From an uncultured Methanosarcinaceae archaeon (GTDB lineage Archaea; Halobacteriota; Methanosarcinia; Methanosarcinales; Methanosarcinaceae): DNA of 64,000 nt. Both the position numbers and the translations under genes were made by a program. The stretch spans positions 128,001 to 192,000 of the forward strand of contig CAVRJG010000052.1 in assembly GCA_963721455.1 (NCBI GenBank). The letters run 5' to 3'. Below are positions 1-10,840 of the stretch, piece by piece (position 1 is the stretch's first letter; every line of letters starts with the position of its first letter). Under the pieces are notes generated by a model. The model was not told where the DNA came from. It made no database searches and worked only from the letters and a program-made list of their open reading frames with translations.

Positions 1-315
1 ATATCCGCCTACAGCCACTCCTTTGTCCCTGAGAAGAGTTGCTGCGTTTATGTCAAGAGAACCCGGAATTTCAAGGGATAAGGGTTTTGTCCCATCGCCT
101 TCTCCTCTCTTTCCAACAACCACGATGTCAGCCCCGGATTTATTGTCACGGCCAAAGGTTGCTACTGGAATATTTCCCAATTCCCGGACCTTTTCCACAT
201 CTCCTGGGTTTACAAGAACGCAGTCGGCTCCTGATTCAAGGCCTGTCGTGATCCTGTCTTTCTGTTCTTCCCATCCGCCATCATCGGCTTTTATCCAGAC
301 ACTTTTCTTTTTCAA
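1..315 (-). CDS. aroB': 3-dehydroquinate synthase II (archaeal type), 5' part; runs off the window start
   Basis: Manual translation from TTG at 315 gives MKKKSVWIKADDGGWEEQKDRITTGLESGADCVLV..., open to position 1. It lies directly downstream of the ADH synthase gene, the usual pairing. Confidence 0.8.
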   Translation of the reverse strand, partial: MKKKSVWIKADDGGWEEQKDRITTGLESGADCVLVNPGDVEKVRELGNIPVATFGRDNKSGADIVVVGKRGEGDGTKPLSLEIPGSLDINAATLLRDKGVAVGGY

Positions 316-410
316 GGCTTCAACCCCGGTATACTTTCTGTTTTTACTCCGGTCTTTTCCCTTTTTAACTTTTATTATGGGTTCTGATCTAGCTTTTCAA
401 TATCTCGTTT

Positions 411-1208
411 TCATTTCAGCTGTTCCAGGGCTTCTTCCACGGGTCTTCTATGGTGTATGATTTCGCAGATCGCCCGGGTAAGTCTGACAGGATCCTTGTG
501 CTGGAAAACGTTCCTTCCGATTGCAGCTCCTCTGGCTCCGGCTTCCATTGCCCCGTCAATCATTTCCAGGAGTTCCATGTCAGTTGAGGTTTTAGGGCCT
601 CCTGCAATAACTACAGGCACAGGGCAGCCCCTTACCACATCTCTGAAACTGTCCGGGTCTCCTGTGTATACGGTTTTTACAACGTCAGCCCCAAGCTCGG
701 CTCCGATTCTCGCAGCATGTGCAACATTTACAGGATCATGCGGATTGGTAATTTTCTTGCCTCTGGGGTACATCATAGTAAGAAGAGGCACGCCCCATTC
801 CGTACAGTCTCTGGAGATTTTTCCAAGCTGCTCAAGCTGGTCGGCTTCTGTTGCAGAGCCTATGTTAATGTGCATAGAAACAGCATCAGCTCCCATCTTA
901 ATTACCTCTTCCACTGTACAGACCTGGACTTTGGCATTAGGGTCCGGGCTCAGGGAAGAAGAGCCACTGATGTGCACGATAAGCCCTATATCATGGCCGT
1001 ATCCTCTGTGCCCGTATTTTACCATTCCTTTTTGCATGAGGACGGCATTTGCTCCTCCTTCGGCAACTCTGTTAACTGTATCGGTGATATTGATCAGCCC
1101 TTCGATAGGCCCGTCTGAGATTCCATGGTCCATCGGAATAATGACCATGTTTCTGCTTTCCCGGTTCATCAGCCTTTCTATCCGTATTTTTTTACCAATT
1201 TCTGACAT
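411..1208 (-). CDS. aroA': 2-amino-3,7-dideoxy-D-threo-hept-6-ulosonate synthase (DhnA-type class I aldolase)
   Basis: [14 protein letters not shown] (Schiff-base Lys), PVVIAGG and GRNVFQ motifs. Start placed at ATG 1208 (MSEIGKKIR). Confidence 0.85.
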   Translation of the reverse strand: MSEIGKKIRIERLMNRESRNMVIIPMDHGISDGPIEGLINITDTVNRVAEGGANAVLMQKGMVKYGHRGYGHDIGLIVHISGSSSLSPDPNAKVQVCTVEEVIKMGADAVSMHINIGSATEADQLEQLGKISRDCTEWGVPLLTMMYPRGKKITNPHDPVNVAHAARIGAELGADVVKTVYTGDPDSFRDVVRGCPVPVVIAGGPKTSTDMELLEMIDGAMEAGARGAAIGRNVFQHKDPVRLTRAICEIIHHRRPVEEALEQLK

Positions 1209-1646
1209 TATAATCCCCTTCGAGTGTAAAATATTCCTCAAATTGTTATGACCGTTATTAATTGTTATGAACGATATTTATTCTGAAATAGCATGCTAGT
1301 ATGTGACATAGTAGCACACTTCGTATATTTAAAGGTATTCCATCTGGGTGCAAGATAATCTGTGCATTCTAATGCAAATGAATAGTCTTGAACCTTTCTG
1401 TATAACATTGTCCTATAATGCTCAGTTTGTGTGGCTCATTTTTTGCTGTATATGCAGAGTGCCATTGAAAATACATTCCCGTTTATAGAATTAAAATCCG
1501 GATTTGAAGCCTCGTGCTTTCGAAAAACTGCACAGGTTTTGAACTGCGGAAGGATGCGAGAATTAAAATAGGATAAGATTGGCTAATAGAGTAAACTCAG
1601 AGCATTAGAACAACATTATAATACTAAAACAGGAACGGAAGGAATT

Positions 1647-2216
1647 ATGAAAGAGCTGAAAATTCTTGTTGTTAATAACTACGGACAATTCTGCCACCTT
1701 ATTCACAGGGCTGTTCGGGATCTTGATATGGATACAAAGATAATTTCCAATACAATGCCTATCGAGGATATCCTGGCAGAAGAGCCGGACGGGCTGATCC
1801 TGAGCGGTGGGCCGGAAATGGATAGGGCAGGCTTATGTCTCGATTATGTCCGGGAAATTGACCTCCCTATCCTTGGAATCTGCCTCGGGCATCAGGCAAT
1901 TGCCCTGGCATATGGGGGACACGTTCATGCAGGGAAAAAAGGCGGGTATGCAGAGGTTGAAATAGAGGTGCTCGAAGAAGATGATATTCTGCGGGGACTT
2001 GGCCCAAAAACCACGGCGTGGGCTTCACATGCAGATGAAGTTGCAATTCTTCCTGAGGGGTTTATTCATCTCGCCCGTTCCGATATATGCGAGATCGAAG
2101 CCATGCGCCATCCTACAAAACCCATTTATGGTGTCCAGTGGCATCCCGAGGTTTCCCACACCGAACAGGGAGAAGAACTGCTTATGAACTTCTTTGAGGT
2201 CTGCGATCAATATTGA
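1647..2216 (+). CDS. guaAA: GMP synthase glutamine amidotransferase subunit A
   Basis: Class I GATase motifs [15 protein letters not shown] and QWHPE. Confidence 0.93.
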   Translation: MKELKILVVNNYGQFCHLIHRAVRDLDMDTKIISNTMPIEDILAEEPDGLILSGGPEMDRAGLCLDYVREIDLPILGICLGHQAIALAYGGHVHAGKKGGYAEVEIEVLEEDDILRGLGPKTTAWASHADEVAILPEGFIHLARSDICEIEAMRHPTKPIYGVQWHPEVSHTEQGEELLMNFFEVCDQY

Positions 2217-2310
2217 TTCATAAAAATTTTAAAAAATACCCGACAATTTCAAGGATTACAAAAAGAGACATAGCAGTTATATAAATGGTAGAAAAGAACT
2301 ATGGGATGGA

Positions 2311-3642
2311 TTACATCCCGAGTTTTTTCTTCATCATCTTCTGAATATTGAATTTTCCGCCTCTAAAACCTTTCAGAGCTGTCTGCATGGTTTTGTGATA
2401 TTTCAGAAGCTCCCTTACTTCTTCAGGGCTGCAGCCCGAACCTCTTGAGATCCTTTTGATCCGGGAGCCCCCTATGAGCTTGGGGTCAGTCATTTCCTCT
2501 TCTGTCATTGAGTCCATGATGATCTTATAATTCTTCATCTTGTCACTGGTAGCCTGGAACATTTCGTCTGAAAGCTTCATGCCTCCCATTCCCCCCATTC
2601 CCATGGGCAGCATGGACATAATCTGCTTGAGAGGTCCCATTTTGTTCATGGCTTGAAGTTGCTTGTACATGTCCTTGAGAGTAAAGCGCCCCTGCATTAA
2701 AGCTTCTACATTCACGTCTTCTTCGCTCAGGGTCTCTTCTGCTTTTTCCATCAAGCTTTTGAGGTCTCCCATGCCGAGAAGCCTTGAAATGAACCTGTCA
2801 GCTTCAAACTTTTCGAAATCTTCCGGTGTTTCCCCGACGCCGATAAACGCAATAGGAGCTTTTGTTTCGGAGACAGCCGAAAGGGCTCCGCCTCCTTTTG
2901 CGGTTCCGTCAAGTTTCGTTATAATAACGCCTGTGATCCCTACAGAATTATTAAAGGCGTGGGCCTGCTGGCTTGCCTGCTGTCCTATACCTGCATCCAG
3001 AACCATGAACTTGTGGTCTGGCTTTGCGACAGCATTGATCCGTTCCATCTCTTCTATCAATTCGGCTTCAAGGGCGTGCCGGCCTGCAGTGTCCACAATT
3101 TTCACGTCGTATTTTTCCAGGGTTTTGAGCCCGTTTCTGGTGATTTCGACGGCATCTGGATTATTTTCTTCTCCATAGAAAGCGACATTGAGCTTTTCAC
3201 AAAGAATTTTAAGCTGGTGATAGGCTCCGGGACGGAAGGTATCTGCGGCAATTACTCCTGCTTTGAGTCCTTTTCTCTGGAAGTAGCGGGCAAGCTTTGC
3301 AGTACTTGTGGTTTTTCCGCTCCCCTGAAGCCCCACCATCATGATGGTCTGGGGTTTGAGCTGGATCTCAGCTCCCTTGCCGATGATCTCCATCAGCTCC
3401 TGGTAAACGATGCGGATTACGTGCTCCCTCGGGTTCATACCTGCAGGAGGGTCTTCTTTCATTGCACGCTCTTTGATTCTCTGGGACATTCCCATAACAA
3501 GTTTTACATTCACATCGGCCTGGAGCAGAGCCCGCTGGATATCCTTTACTACTTCGTTGACCATACGCTCATCAATTCGCCCCGCGCCGATCAGCTTCTT
3601 GAGCGCCCCCTGTAAGGAGTCTCCGAGTTTTTCCATTACCAT
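2311..3642 (-). CDS. srp54: Signal recognition particle protein SRP54
   Basis: [14 protein letters not shown] and [11 protein letters not shown] GTPase motifs, followed by a Met-rich M domain. Confidence 0.97.
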   Translation of the reverse strand: MVMEKLGDSLQGALKKLIGAGRIDERMVNEVVKDIQRALLQADVNVKLVMGMSQRIKERAMKEDPPAGMNPREHVIRIVYQELMEIIGKGAEIQLKPQTIMMVGLQGSGKTTSTAKLARYFQRKGLKAGVIAADTFRPGAYHQLKILCEKLNVAFYGEENNPDAVEITRNGLKTLEKYDVKIVDTAGRHALEAELIEEMERINAVAKPDHKFMVLDAGIGQQASQQAHAFNNSVGITGVIITKLDGTAKGGGALSAVSETKAPIAFIGVGETPEDFEKFEADRFISRLLGMGDLKSLMEKAEETLSEEDVNVEALMQGRFTLKDMYKQLQAMNKMGPLKQIMSMLPMGMGGMGGMKLSDEMFQATSDKMKNYKIIMDSMTEEEMTDPKLIGGSRIKRISRGSGCSPEEVRELLKYHKTMQTALKGFRGGKFNIQKMMKKKLGM

Positions 3643-3885
3643 ATGAAAGTCGTCCTGCTCAGTTTTGCTCAGTTTTTGAGGATGAATAAAAAGATACTCA
3701 CACTTTTTTTGACCTTGTGTAAGAAAGTAACCTTCCTTAATAAGCCTTGAGTTTTAGTAGCTTGAAAAAGGGATAAGTGAATCGATTGTAACATATAAAT
3801 CAGTAATTGGCTATAAAAAAGTTACCGGCTAATTAAAATCTGAAAAGGTGTTAAACACAAACAAATTCAGAAAAGAACTTTACTA

Positions 3886-3960
3886 TAGCGGGGGATGGAT
3901 TCGAACCATCGGTCTACGGGTTATGAGCCCGTCGGGATCTCCTGGCTACCCCACCCCGCT
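3886..3960 (-). tRNA. tRNA-Met (initiator, CAT), copy 1
   Basis: Reverse complement is AGCGGGGTGGGGTAGCCAGGAGATCCCGACGGGCTCATAACCCGTAGACCGATGGTTCGAATCCATCCCCCGCTA: A1:U72 pair, GGG/CCC anticodon stem, CAT anticodon, TTCGAAT T-loop. Confidence 0.95.
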
Positions 3961-4022
3961 ACCGGGTAATTAAAATCTGAAAAGGTGTTAAACACAAGCA
4001 AATTCAGAAAAGAACTTTACTA

Positions 4023-4097
4023 TAGCGGGGGATGGATTCGAACCATCGGTCTACGGGTTATGAGCCCGTCGGGATCTCCTGGCTACCCCACCCCGCT
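4023..4097 (-). tRNA. tRNA-Met (initiator, CAT), copy 2
   Basis: Identical to copy 1 and part of a 137-bp tandem duplication. Confidence 0.95.
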
Positions 4098-4331
4098 ACA
4101 GGGTTTTATTTGTCAGGCCACTTTGCCCAGGACAACTATCACAACATACAAACAATCATTTATATAGTTTTCGCCTGGCATTTTAATCTTCAGAGGTCTA
4201 TCGCGGAATTTAGGCGTTTCTCTAAAGGAATTCCTCAATTCACTGCGACTTTGTCATATTTCTTATTTTTCCCGTTATTTTCTCCGGTTTTTCCGGAAAT
4301 ATATTTGAAATCCGGAACCCTAAATCATATT

Positions 4332-4523
4332 ATGGCAAGGTGCTTATTCTGTGGAGCTTATTGTGAAGTGAAATGCGGAATTTACTGCGAAGGCTATCCG
4401 GGCAGCCAGGGGGAGAAAGAAAAGGAAGAAGGTGCAGAAGTTGTCGGATGCACGCAAGTTGGCACATCCTACATCTGCGATAACTGCCTTAAGGACCTGA
4501 AACAAGCTCTGGAAATCCTGTGA
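4332..4523 (+). CDS. Small Cys-rich putative zinc-binding protein (63 aa)
   Basis: MARCLFCGAYCEVKCGIYC...CTQ...ICDNCLKDLK contains CxxC pairs. A TATA-like ATATATTT lies about 30 bp upstream. Confidence 0.65.
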   Translation: MARCLFCGAYCEVKCGIYCEGYPGSQGEKEKEEGAEVVGCTQVGTSYICDNCLKDLKQALEIL

Positions 4524-4638
4524 GATTGCTGGAAAATAAAGCTGGAACTTGAAAGGGAGTAAATATTTTTCATGCCCCTGCTCGCTTACTGGAAAGAAGG
4601 TAAAAATGGAAGAAAGGCATGAAAAACGAGGCTGAACT

Positions 4639-5481
4639 TCAGACAACTTCAACATTCAGTGTGAATTTATCTTCTGTGCCTGTTTCATTCTCCCAGGATC
4701 TCTTATATATTCCTTTTACCTGCTGGCTGCCTTCATTTACGGCTTTTATTTCCCATAAATGGACTCCGCCAGCACCAACAAGAGGATGCTCGACTCCTTC
4801 AGGTTTCTTTGCAGGATAGTATTCTCCCCAGACATTGTTGAGTCCCTGGCTCAGGTTGAGTTCCCAGCCATAACCTGTGGATGGATTTTCAGGCAGTTTC
4901 AGGTAAAATGTGCTTCCATTTTCCAGACTTATGTTTGTTCCGTTGTTAGCTTCGGTTATTACCTGCTGTTTCGGCGGCATAGGAACGGGGGGCTCTTCCA
5001 GTACGTTATCTACCTGCAGTTCAAAATACCTTGTTACTCCGTTCACGTTTACAGTGTAATTCCCAGCTTTGAGGCCCTGGACGTCAAGAGGGATTGGTTC
5101 AGTCGTAAAGTTCTTTATAGCCTGCGTACAGACCGCATCTTTCGGGCGTTTTGTACTGATACTGACATTGAAGACGTTTCCTTCCCTTTCAGCCTTTGTT
5201 TCGTTGATCTCGGTGCACCCGTCAGGCAGGTAGCCTTTTGCTATCACCTTTACCTGTACGGGAAAAGATTCAAGGATCATAATCTGGATACTTTCTACGT
5301 TTGCAGTACCGTGTACGTATTCTTCCCCATTGGTCCCCTGACTATCGTTTGTCGTATTTCCAGGCTCTGTATTGTTCTGTCCCTCATCAATGCAGCCTGA
5401 AAGGATAACCGCACAGATCAGAGACAGAGCCGCAATAATTTTCACATCGTTCGCAGATTTATTATCTGGTACTCTTTTCAT
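4639..5481 (-). CDS. Lipoprotein with C-terminal protease inhibitor I42 (chagasin-like) domain
   Basis: Lipobox ILSGC, plus the chagasin motifs LPENPSTGYGW, VGAGG and YKRSWE. Confidence 0.8.
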   Translation of the reverse strand: MKRVPDNKSANDVKIIAALSLICAVILSGCIDEGQNNTEPGNTTNDSQGTNGEEYVHGTANVESIQIMILESFPVQVKVIAKGYLPDGCTEINETKAEREGNVFNVSISTKRPKDAVCTQAIKNFTTEPIPLDVQGLKAGNYTVNVNGVTRYFELQVDNVLEEPPVPMPPKQQVITEANNGTNISLENGSTFYLKLPENPSTGYGWELNLSQGLNNVWGEYYPAKKPEGVEHPLVGAGGVHLWEIKAVNEGSQQVKGIYKRSWENETGTEDKFTLNVEVV

Positions 5482-6074
5482 TTCTTCCCCTCTTATTCTT
5501 TCTGATAAGTTTATGAAAAGATGCGCCTGTTCGGATTTATCCTTTGCTTAGACTTCAGTTCTGTTTGAAGCTTTACAGGCTAGATTTCTTTTTTGTTAAT
5601 GCTTGTAAATCTATTAGAATTCTTGTTTGACGGCAAGTCTGCCAATTCCAATGATTCAAATGCTCTTAATGCATACTTCTAAACAAATTTTTATGACATT
5701 AAGGCTTTGTAAAAATCCTCTATATCTCGATATAAATAAGTTAAATTCAATCTTAAAGCCCAACTCTTTATCTTTAACAGAATTTACGGAAAATCATACC
5801 ATATTATCCATATAATTATTTTATTATCCATATAATCATTTATAACACAGTTAACTTTCTATCTTATGTCAAAAAGTATACAATTTGTACCTTCAAGTCT
5901 CAGAAATATCATTTCTTGTATAGAATAAAAAATATGTAGACTTGACATTTAAGGAGATTTCAATTTGAATTTGCAGAAAACAGCTAAAATAGGCACAATA
6001 TACAGGTTAAAAGAAGTGTTTAGAGCAGATTTTTTTCTTGTCCGGTCTCAAACAAAGATCCTGGTGGGATTTGA

Positions 6075-7031
6075 TTGAGAGTTGCAGTCATTACACAGGG
6101 CATTTCTAAAATTTTTGAATCCATTATTGAATCCGGGCATGAGGTAGTGGGAATTGTTGAGTGCGCCCCGGCGCAAGAACCGAACTCGTTCCTCAAAGCA
6201 ACAGGAAGGTTTCTTACAGGTGTTTATTATTCATTTACCTCGCATCCCTTAAATTTAAAAATTTTCTCCACAAAAATGAAGGTCCCTTATTACTACCTCA
6301 GGAAAGGGGATAGTAAGGGTCTGGAAGAATGGATGACGGATCTAGAACCCGATCTGGTAGTTGTGTATTCTATGTCTCATCTCTTGAAGGAAAACATGTT
6401 TAGCATTCCAAAAGTTGGGACTGTTAATATCCATTATTCGCATCTTCCGGAATACAGAGGACCAGCTCCACTTTTCTGGGAATATTATGATTATGTCCTG
6501 AATCCCGGAGTCACTCTTCATTATGTGGATAAGGGGGAGGATACCGGCGATATCATTTACCAGGAAAGGGCCCTCATACGCCCTGGTGAAAAACTCGAAG
6601 AAGTTAATCAAAAGTTATCTCTTATGGGAGAAAAATTGCTTTCAAAGATGATGGATGCCCTTGAAAAAGGAGATGTTCCCAGAATAAAGCAGCCCATAAC
6701 AACTCCAACGGTGAGAGCCAGAAAAATTAAACCTGATGAATACAGCGAACTTATAAAATGGAATGAGTGGGGTGTTGAGAGAGTATTTCATTTTTTAAAT
6801 GGGACTCCGAAGTATCATCCCACTCTGCTGAAGAAAAACAGTTTGCACAAATTCGGGTTCAGGATTAAAATTCTGGATAAGGAAAAATGTAATATTTCCG
6901 GATATAAACTAGGGGATCTTTATAAGGAAAATTCAAGGTATTTTTTCGTTTGCAAAGATGGGAAAATCTATGTTGACATCAGGCTCTCAACCGCGAATTT
7001 TCTTGCCCTGATTTACCCTTATATTTCCTGA
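6075..7031 (+). CDS. Methionyl-tRNA formyltransferase-like (formyl_trans_N) protein
   Basis: NIHYSHLPEYRGPAP and HYVDKGEDTGDII formyltransferase motifs. Confidence 0.8.
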   Translation: MRVAVITQGISKIFESIIESGHEVVGIVECAPAQEPNSFLKATGRFLTGVYYSFTSHPLNLKIFSTKMKVPYYYLRKGDSKGLEEWMTDLEPDLVVVYSMSHLLKENMFSIPKVGTVNIHYSHLPEYRGPAPLFWEYYDYVLNPGVTLHYVDKGEDTGDIIYQERALIRPGEKLEEVNQKLSLMGEKLLSKMMDALEKGDVPRIKQPITTPTVRARKIKPDEYSELIKWNEWGVERVFHFLNGTPKYHPTLLKKNSLHKFGFRIKILDKEKCNISGYKLGDLYKENSRYFFVCKDGKIYVDIRLSTANFLALIYPYIS

Positions 7032-7804
7032 GCCTGGTCTCTGTAATGCAGAATAAGGTCTTCAGCCCACTGCAGGGGAGCAGGCTCGAAGCCTATAATA
7101 GTCTCCTGGTCAAAAGCGCCTTTTGAAGTAAGAAAGTCAGCAGCCATGAAGCATTCGGTTTTGATCAGCATGGCTATCTTTATCTCGTCAATACAGATAA
7201 AAAGCCGCTTTTTTTCCCTCGCCAGATAAAGTTTCAGTTCTTTTTCGAAATCGTCTTTGAGTCTTTCATAGATTTTTTTTGTTACTATAAGGGTTATCTC
7301 GGTACCATCATCTTGATTTTCCAGAAATATTCCGGAAAATACCGGATGGAATATTGAAGAAAAAGAGAGTATTTTTTTTGATTTTCCTATGTTCTCCAGA
7401 AACACGGCAGGCGGTTCAAAAATATTATCCGGATCAGGTTTAACAAGGGAACAGGGTTTTAATTCATTAAGCCTTCCCAGGAATACTTTGGGTAAGCCGC
7501 TGAGATCGCGTTCCTGCCAGTAGTCCGCGTTTTCCTCAATGACCTGCAGAGTATCGAGCAGGGGCTCCATTTTTTCGACCAGGATTCCCGCAAGAGGAGT
7601 AAGCCTGTATTCCCTATCTTCCTGAAGAACCAGATGCTCATTTTTCAGTTTTTTGATTTGAGGGAGCATTCCTGTCGGGTTGACATGCAGAATATCTACA
7701 ATTTCTTCTATCGTTTTTTCTCCATTTTTGAGCAGGAGCAAGAGGTCTCTTCTTTTCTGGGACATAAAGAGCAGGTCTATCAGGGCTTTGTCCATTGATT
7801 TCAC
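7019..7804 (-). CDS. Winged-helix transcriptional regulator (Methanosarcina ArsR/DUF1724-like family)
   Basis: N-terminal SQKRRDLLLLLKNG...LPQIKKL HTH and C-terminal WAEDLILHY, typical of this family. Confidence 0.75.
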   Translation of the reverse strand: MKSMDKALIDLLFMSQKRRDLLLLLKNGEKTIEEIVDILHVNPTGMLPQIKKLKNEHLVLQEDREYRLTPLAGILVEKMEPLLDTLQVIEENADYWQERDLSGLPKVFLGRLNELKPCSLVKPDPDNIFEPPAVFLENIGKSKKILSFSSIFHPVFSGIFLENQDDGTEITLIVTKKIYERLKDDFEKELKLYLAREKKRLFICIDEIKIAMLIKTECFMAADFLTSKGAFDQETIIGFEPAPLQWAEDLILHYRDQAQEI

Positions 7805-8176
7805 TTTCCATGTCTCGCACTTCTGTGAAAGACTTATTTTTCCTTCGGTTTTTCAGGAAGAGTTCATAAAAGAACTTGCTACTTCTATGAGGGATGATTT
7901 AAAGACTTTCTGAAATGTAACTTTAATTGCATTCTATCAGGATAGCGAGAGTTTCTCATATACTTTTAAATATTTCTCTTTTAATCTTTTCCTGTATTTT
8001 CCTTTGACAAGATAAGAAACCTTAAAATCTATGATTTAAATTATATAGCTCGAAGATAGAATTTGGGAAGTACATACTCCTGAAATAGGAAGTGCATACT
8101 CCTGAAATAGTGAGTGTCCTGACCAAATTCGCAAATTCCGGATCAGGGAGGGCTTTGCATAGAATCATTCAAATGT

Positions 8177-8851
8177 GTGCTTACGAACTGGGATTACATT
8201 TATAATTTGTGCCGAAATATCTCCACGGAAATTAAACGTTCGGGATATGAACCGGAAGTAATTATTGCGCTTGCCCGGGGAGGCTGGTTTGCCGGGCGCG
8301 TACTCTGCGATTTTCTGGGACTTGACGACCTGTCCAGTCTGAAAATCGAGCATTATATCGGAACCGCGGCTATAGATAGCGGTGAGCCTTACATCAGATA
8401 CCCCCTTTCAGACAATGTGATGGAAGGCAAAAAAGTGCTTATCGTGGACGATATAGTTGATACCGGAGAAAGTATGCTGAGTGCCAGGGCTTATGTGGAA
8501 GGCCGGAATCCCACGGAAGTCAGGACTGCTTCATTACAGTACCTGGGAAGTTCGAAAATCGACCCCGACTACGTGGGCGAACGGCTCGAAGATTGGGCCT
8601 GGATCGTCTATCCCTGGAATTTTATGGAAGATATGATCAGCATCCTGACCAAATGTATGAGAAAAGACCCTCAAAAACAATGGAATCTTGAAGACCTCAA
8701 ACACAGCCTCTATATAAACCACGCAGTTGACTCTGTTGTCTTTGAAATCACCCAGCCAGGAAGGCTTCCGGAAGTCCTGGAGGAGATGGAGAGAGTCCGC
8801 AGGGTCAGTTCCGAAACCATAAATGGAATGAAGCACTGGAGGCTTTTATAA
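8177..8851 (+). CDS. Purine phosphoribosyltransferase family protein
   Basis: ALARGG, the PRPP-binding loop VLIVDDIVDTGES, and WIVYPW. Confidence 0.85.
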   Translation: MLTNWDYIYNLCRNISTEIKRSGYEPEVIIALARGGWFAGRVLCDFLGLDDLSSLKIEHYIGTAAIDSGEPYIRYPLSDNVMEGKKVLIVDDIVDTGESMLSARAYVEGRNPTEVRTASLQYLGSSKIDPDYVGERLEDWAWIVYPWNFMEDMISILTKCMRKDPQKQWNLEDLKHSLYINHAVDSVVFEITQPGRLPEVLEEMERVRRVSSETINGMKHWRLL

Positions 8852-9165
8852 AAACCTTTATTATAAATTTATATTCATCAGCAGGTTAATAATCAATGCT
8901 TCCCACTGGAAAGCCGGAAGAGATTTGCAACCCTACAGGGCTTTTTTGCCCTTGCCGGTTGGAGATTTCTCTTTCGCTTAAAAGTAAGTGTTAAACCGTA
9001 AATACAAATATACATATCTATTTAGGGTATCTGTTTAAAGTACCCATAGGGATATCATTTAAATTTGCTACTCTGGATACCCATTTAAAGTATCTGTTTA
9101 AGGTACTGACTTATGGTATATCAGTTACGACAAATTAGTTCATATTATCTATTACCGGTGAATTC

Positions 9166-9624
9166 ATGCCCCACAGATGCACCAGATGCGGAACCATTTT
9201 TGAAGACGGAGATACTGTCGTCCTAAGCGGCTGCCCGAACTGCGGCTGGAATAAATTCCTTTATGTAAAAAAGGAATTCGAAGGTTCGGAAAACCAGGGA
9301 AGGCCCGCTCTGGAAGAACAAAAACTGGATCTGGAATCCTCTCTGGATGAAGTTGTCAGAAATATTGATGAGGCTCTTGCTTCTGAACAGGAAAACAGGA
9401 ATCAGGAGCCAGAAGCCGAGAGGAACACAGATGAAGAAAGAGTAGAGTCCGTAAGGATTCTTGGGCCCGGCTCCTACGAGCTTAATCTGAACTCCCTTTT
9501 GGAAAGAAAAGAACTAGTTATGGCAATCAGAGAAGAAGGTTCTTACGCCCTTCATTTGCCCTCTGTTTTCAACCAGCAGAAGGAAAAACAAAAAAATAAA
9601 ACAAAGTCAAGAAAACAGAAATGA
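9166..9624 (+). CDS. Zn-ribbon protein (OapC/DUF2072-like)
   Basis: MPHRCTRCG...GCPNCGWNKF and ESVRILGPGSYELNL. Confidence 0.75.
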   Translation: MPHRCTRCGTIFEDGDTVVLSGCPNCGWNKFLYVKKEFEGSENQGRPALEEQKLDLESSLDEVVRNIDEALASEQENRNQEPEAERNTDEERVESVRILGPGSYELNLNSLLERKELVMAIREEGSYALHLPSVFNQQKEKQKNKTKSRKQK

Positions 9625-9915
9625 TTTTTAAATTGCCGGAAATTTCTTGCCTGGATATTTTTTAAAATACTTTTCCGGATAGTCCTCATATTATAATCGA
9701 TTTACTTCTATATTTTAATTACTCACTTAAATTCTCATACCAATGTTGGCTTTTTTTAACATGTGTATTTTGCATTCTAACTCTTTATATTCGCTTCTCA
9801 CTTCTTATATCATTTATTTTTCAGTTACACTACGATCTAATCTTATACGTTATCATACCATCCAGTCTTTCTAACCTGTTTAGTTATAAAATGAGCATAA
9901 CTCTCAATACAAATA

Positions 9916-9947
9916 TTTATATATAATAGGTGCTAACTATAGGTTAC
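9916..9947 (+). promoter_or_regulatory. TATA box plus HSR1/Phr-type operator CTAAC-N5-GTTAC
   Basis: TTTATATATA at 9916-9925 is followed by CTAACTATAGGTTAC at 9933-9947, a 9/10 match to the Archaeoglobus HSR1 motif CTAAC-N5-GTTAG. Confidence 0.65.
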
Positions 9948-10147
9948 TATCTTATGTGTACTCCTTTCCAGTTGGTCTTCTGGGCAAAGTTTCAAGCAGG
10001 GATTTTTCGTATTCCTGTCCGAATTTACTTAAGACTATGATGTATTATAATAATCTAAAATAATAATCTAAAAAACAGACAAAATGAAAAAGTCCGGCAT
10101 ACTGCCTTAATATCTCATAAAATTTAGACAATTATCTGAGGGGAAAA

Positions 10148-10840
10148 ATGGACCCAGCAAAATTACTTGACATCCTGGGGAATGAAAACCGCAGGAAGAT
10201 TATTCAACTTCTTGCAGACCGCCCCTGCTATGTCAGTGAGATTTCTGGCAGACTGGGAGTGGGGCCAAAAGCCATAATCAGTCATCTAAGCATGCTTGAA
10301 CAGGCAGGGCTTATAGAATGCAGCGTGGATGAGCAGAGGCGCAAGTACTTCAATATCGCAAATAACATGCGGCTTGAGGTGTCAGTGTCCCCATATGCCT
10401 ATACAGTGGCACTTTACGATATCGCTTTTGACAGGGAGAATAAAGGAGAGTCTCCGGTTACTGGAAAAAAAGAGATTCCTGCCAGAGAAGAGTCATCTGT
10501 TTTCTTTCTGAAACTGAGCAGCAGGCTTCAGGAACTGAAAACCAGGCAGGAAGAGCTTTCACAGATGCAGCAACAGCTCCAGGCAGAGTACACGGAACTG
10601 ATGGGCCGTTGCCTGGACTCAATTGAACATGTTGCCAGGAACCCCGGAGAATGCGAACTCCTGTTTGAGCTTCTAAAAAACGAAACCACTCTAGCTGCCC
10701 TATGTTACAACCTGCATCTGCACCCGAGTATCATCAATGCTAACCTGATAAACCTTGCAGAGAGGGGGTTTATTGAGTACAGTATCAAAAATAACCAGCA
10801 TTACTGGAAAATATGTGAGACCGGAGTTGAGAATAAATGA
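10148..10840 (+). CDS. ArsR-family heat-shock regulator (HSR1/Phr-like)
   Basis: [17 protein letters not shown]...[11 protein letters not shown] with a coiled coil. First gene of the cdc48-hsp20 cluster. Confidence 0.8.
   Translation: MDPAKLLDILGNENRRKIIQLLADRPCYVSEISGRLGVGPKAIISHLSMLEQAGLIECSVDEQRRKYFNIANNMRLEVSVSPYAYTVALYDIAFDRENKGESPVTGKKEIPAREESSVFFLKLSSRLQELKTRQEELSQMQQQLQAEYTELMGRCLDSIEHVARNPGECELLFELLKNETTLAALCYNLHLHPSIINANLINLAERGFIEYSIKNNQHYWKICETGVENK

Noticed and set aside
8860-9900. Replication origin next to the OapC-like gene
   Set aside because: No cdc6/orc1 and no recognisable ORB G-string repeats; only short GTATC/TTTAAA repeats at 9020-9110.
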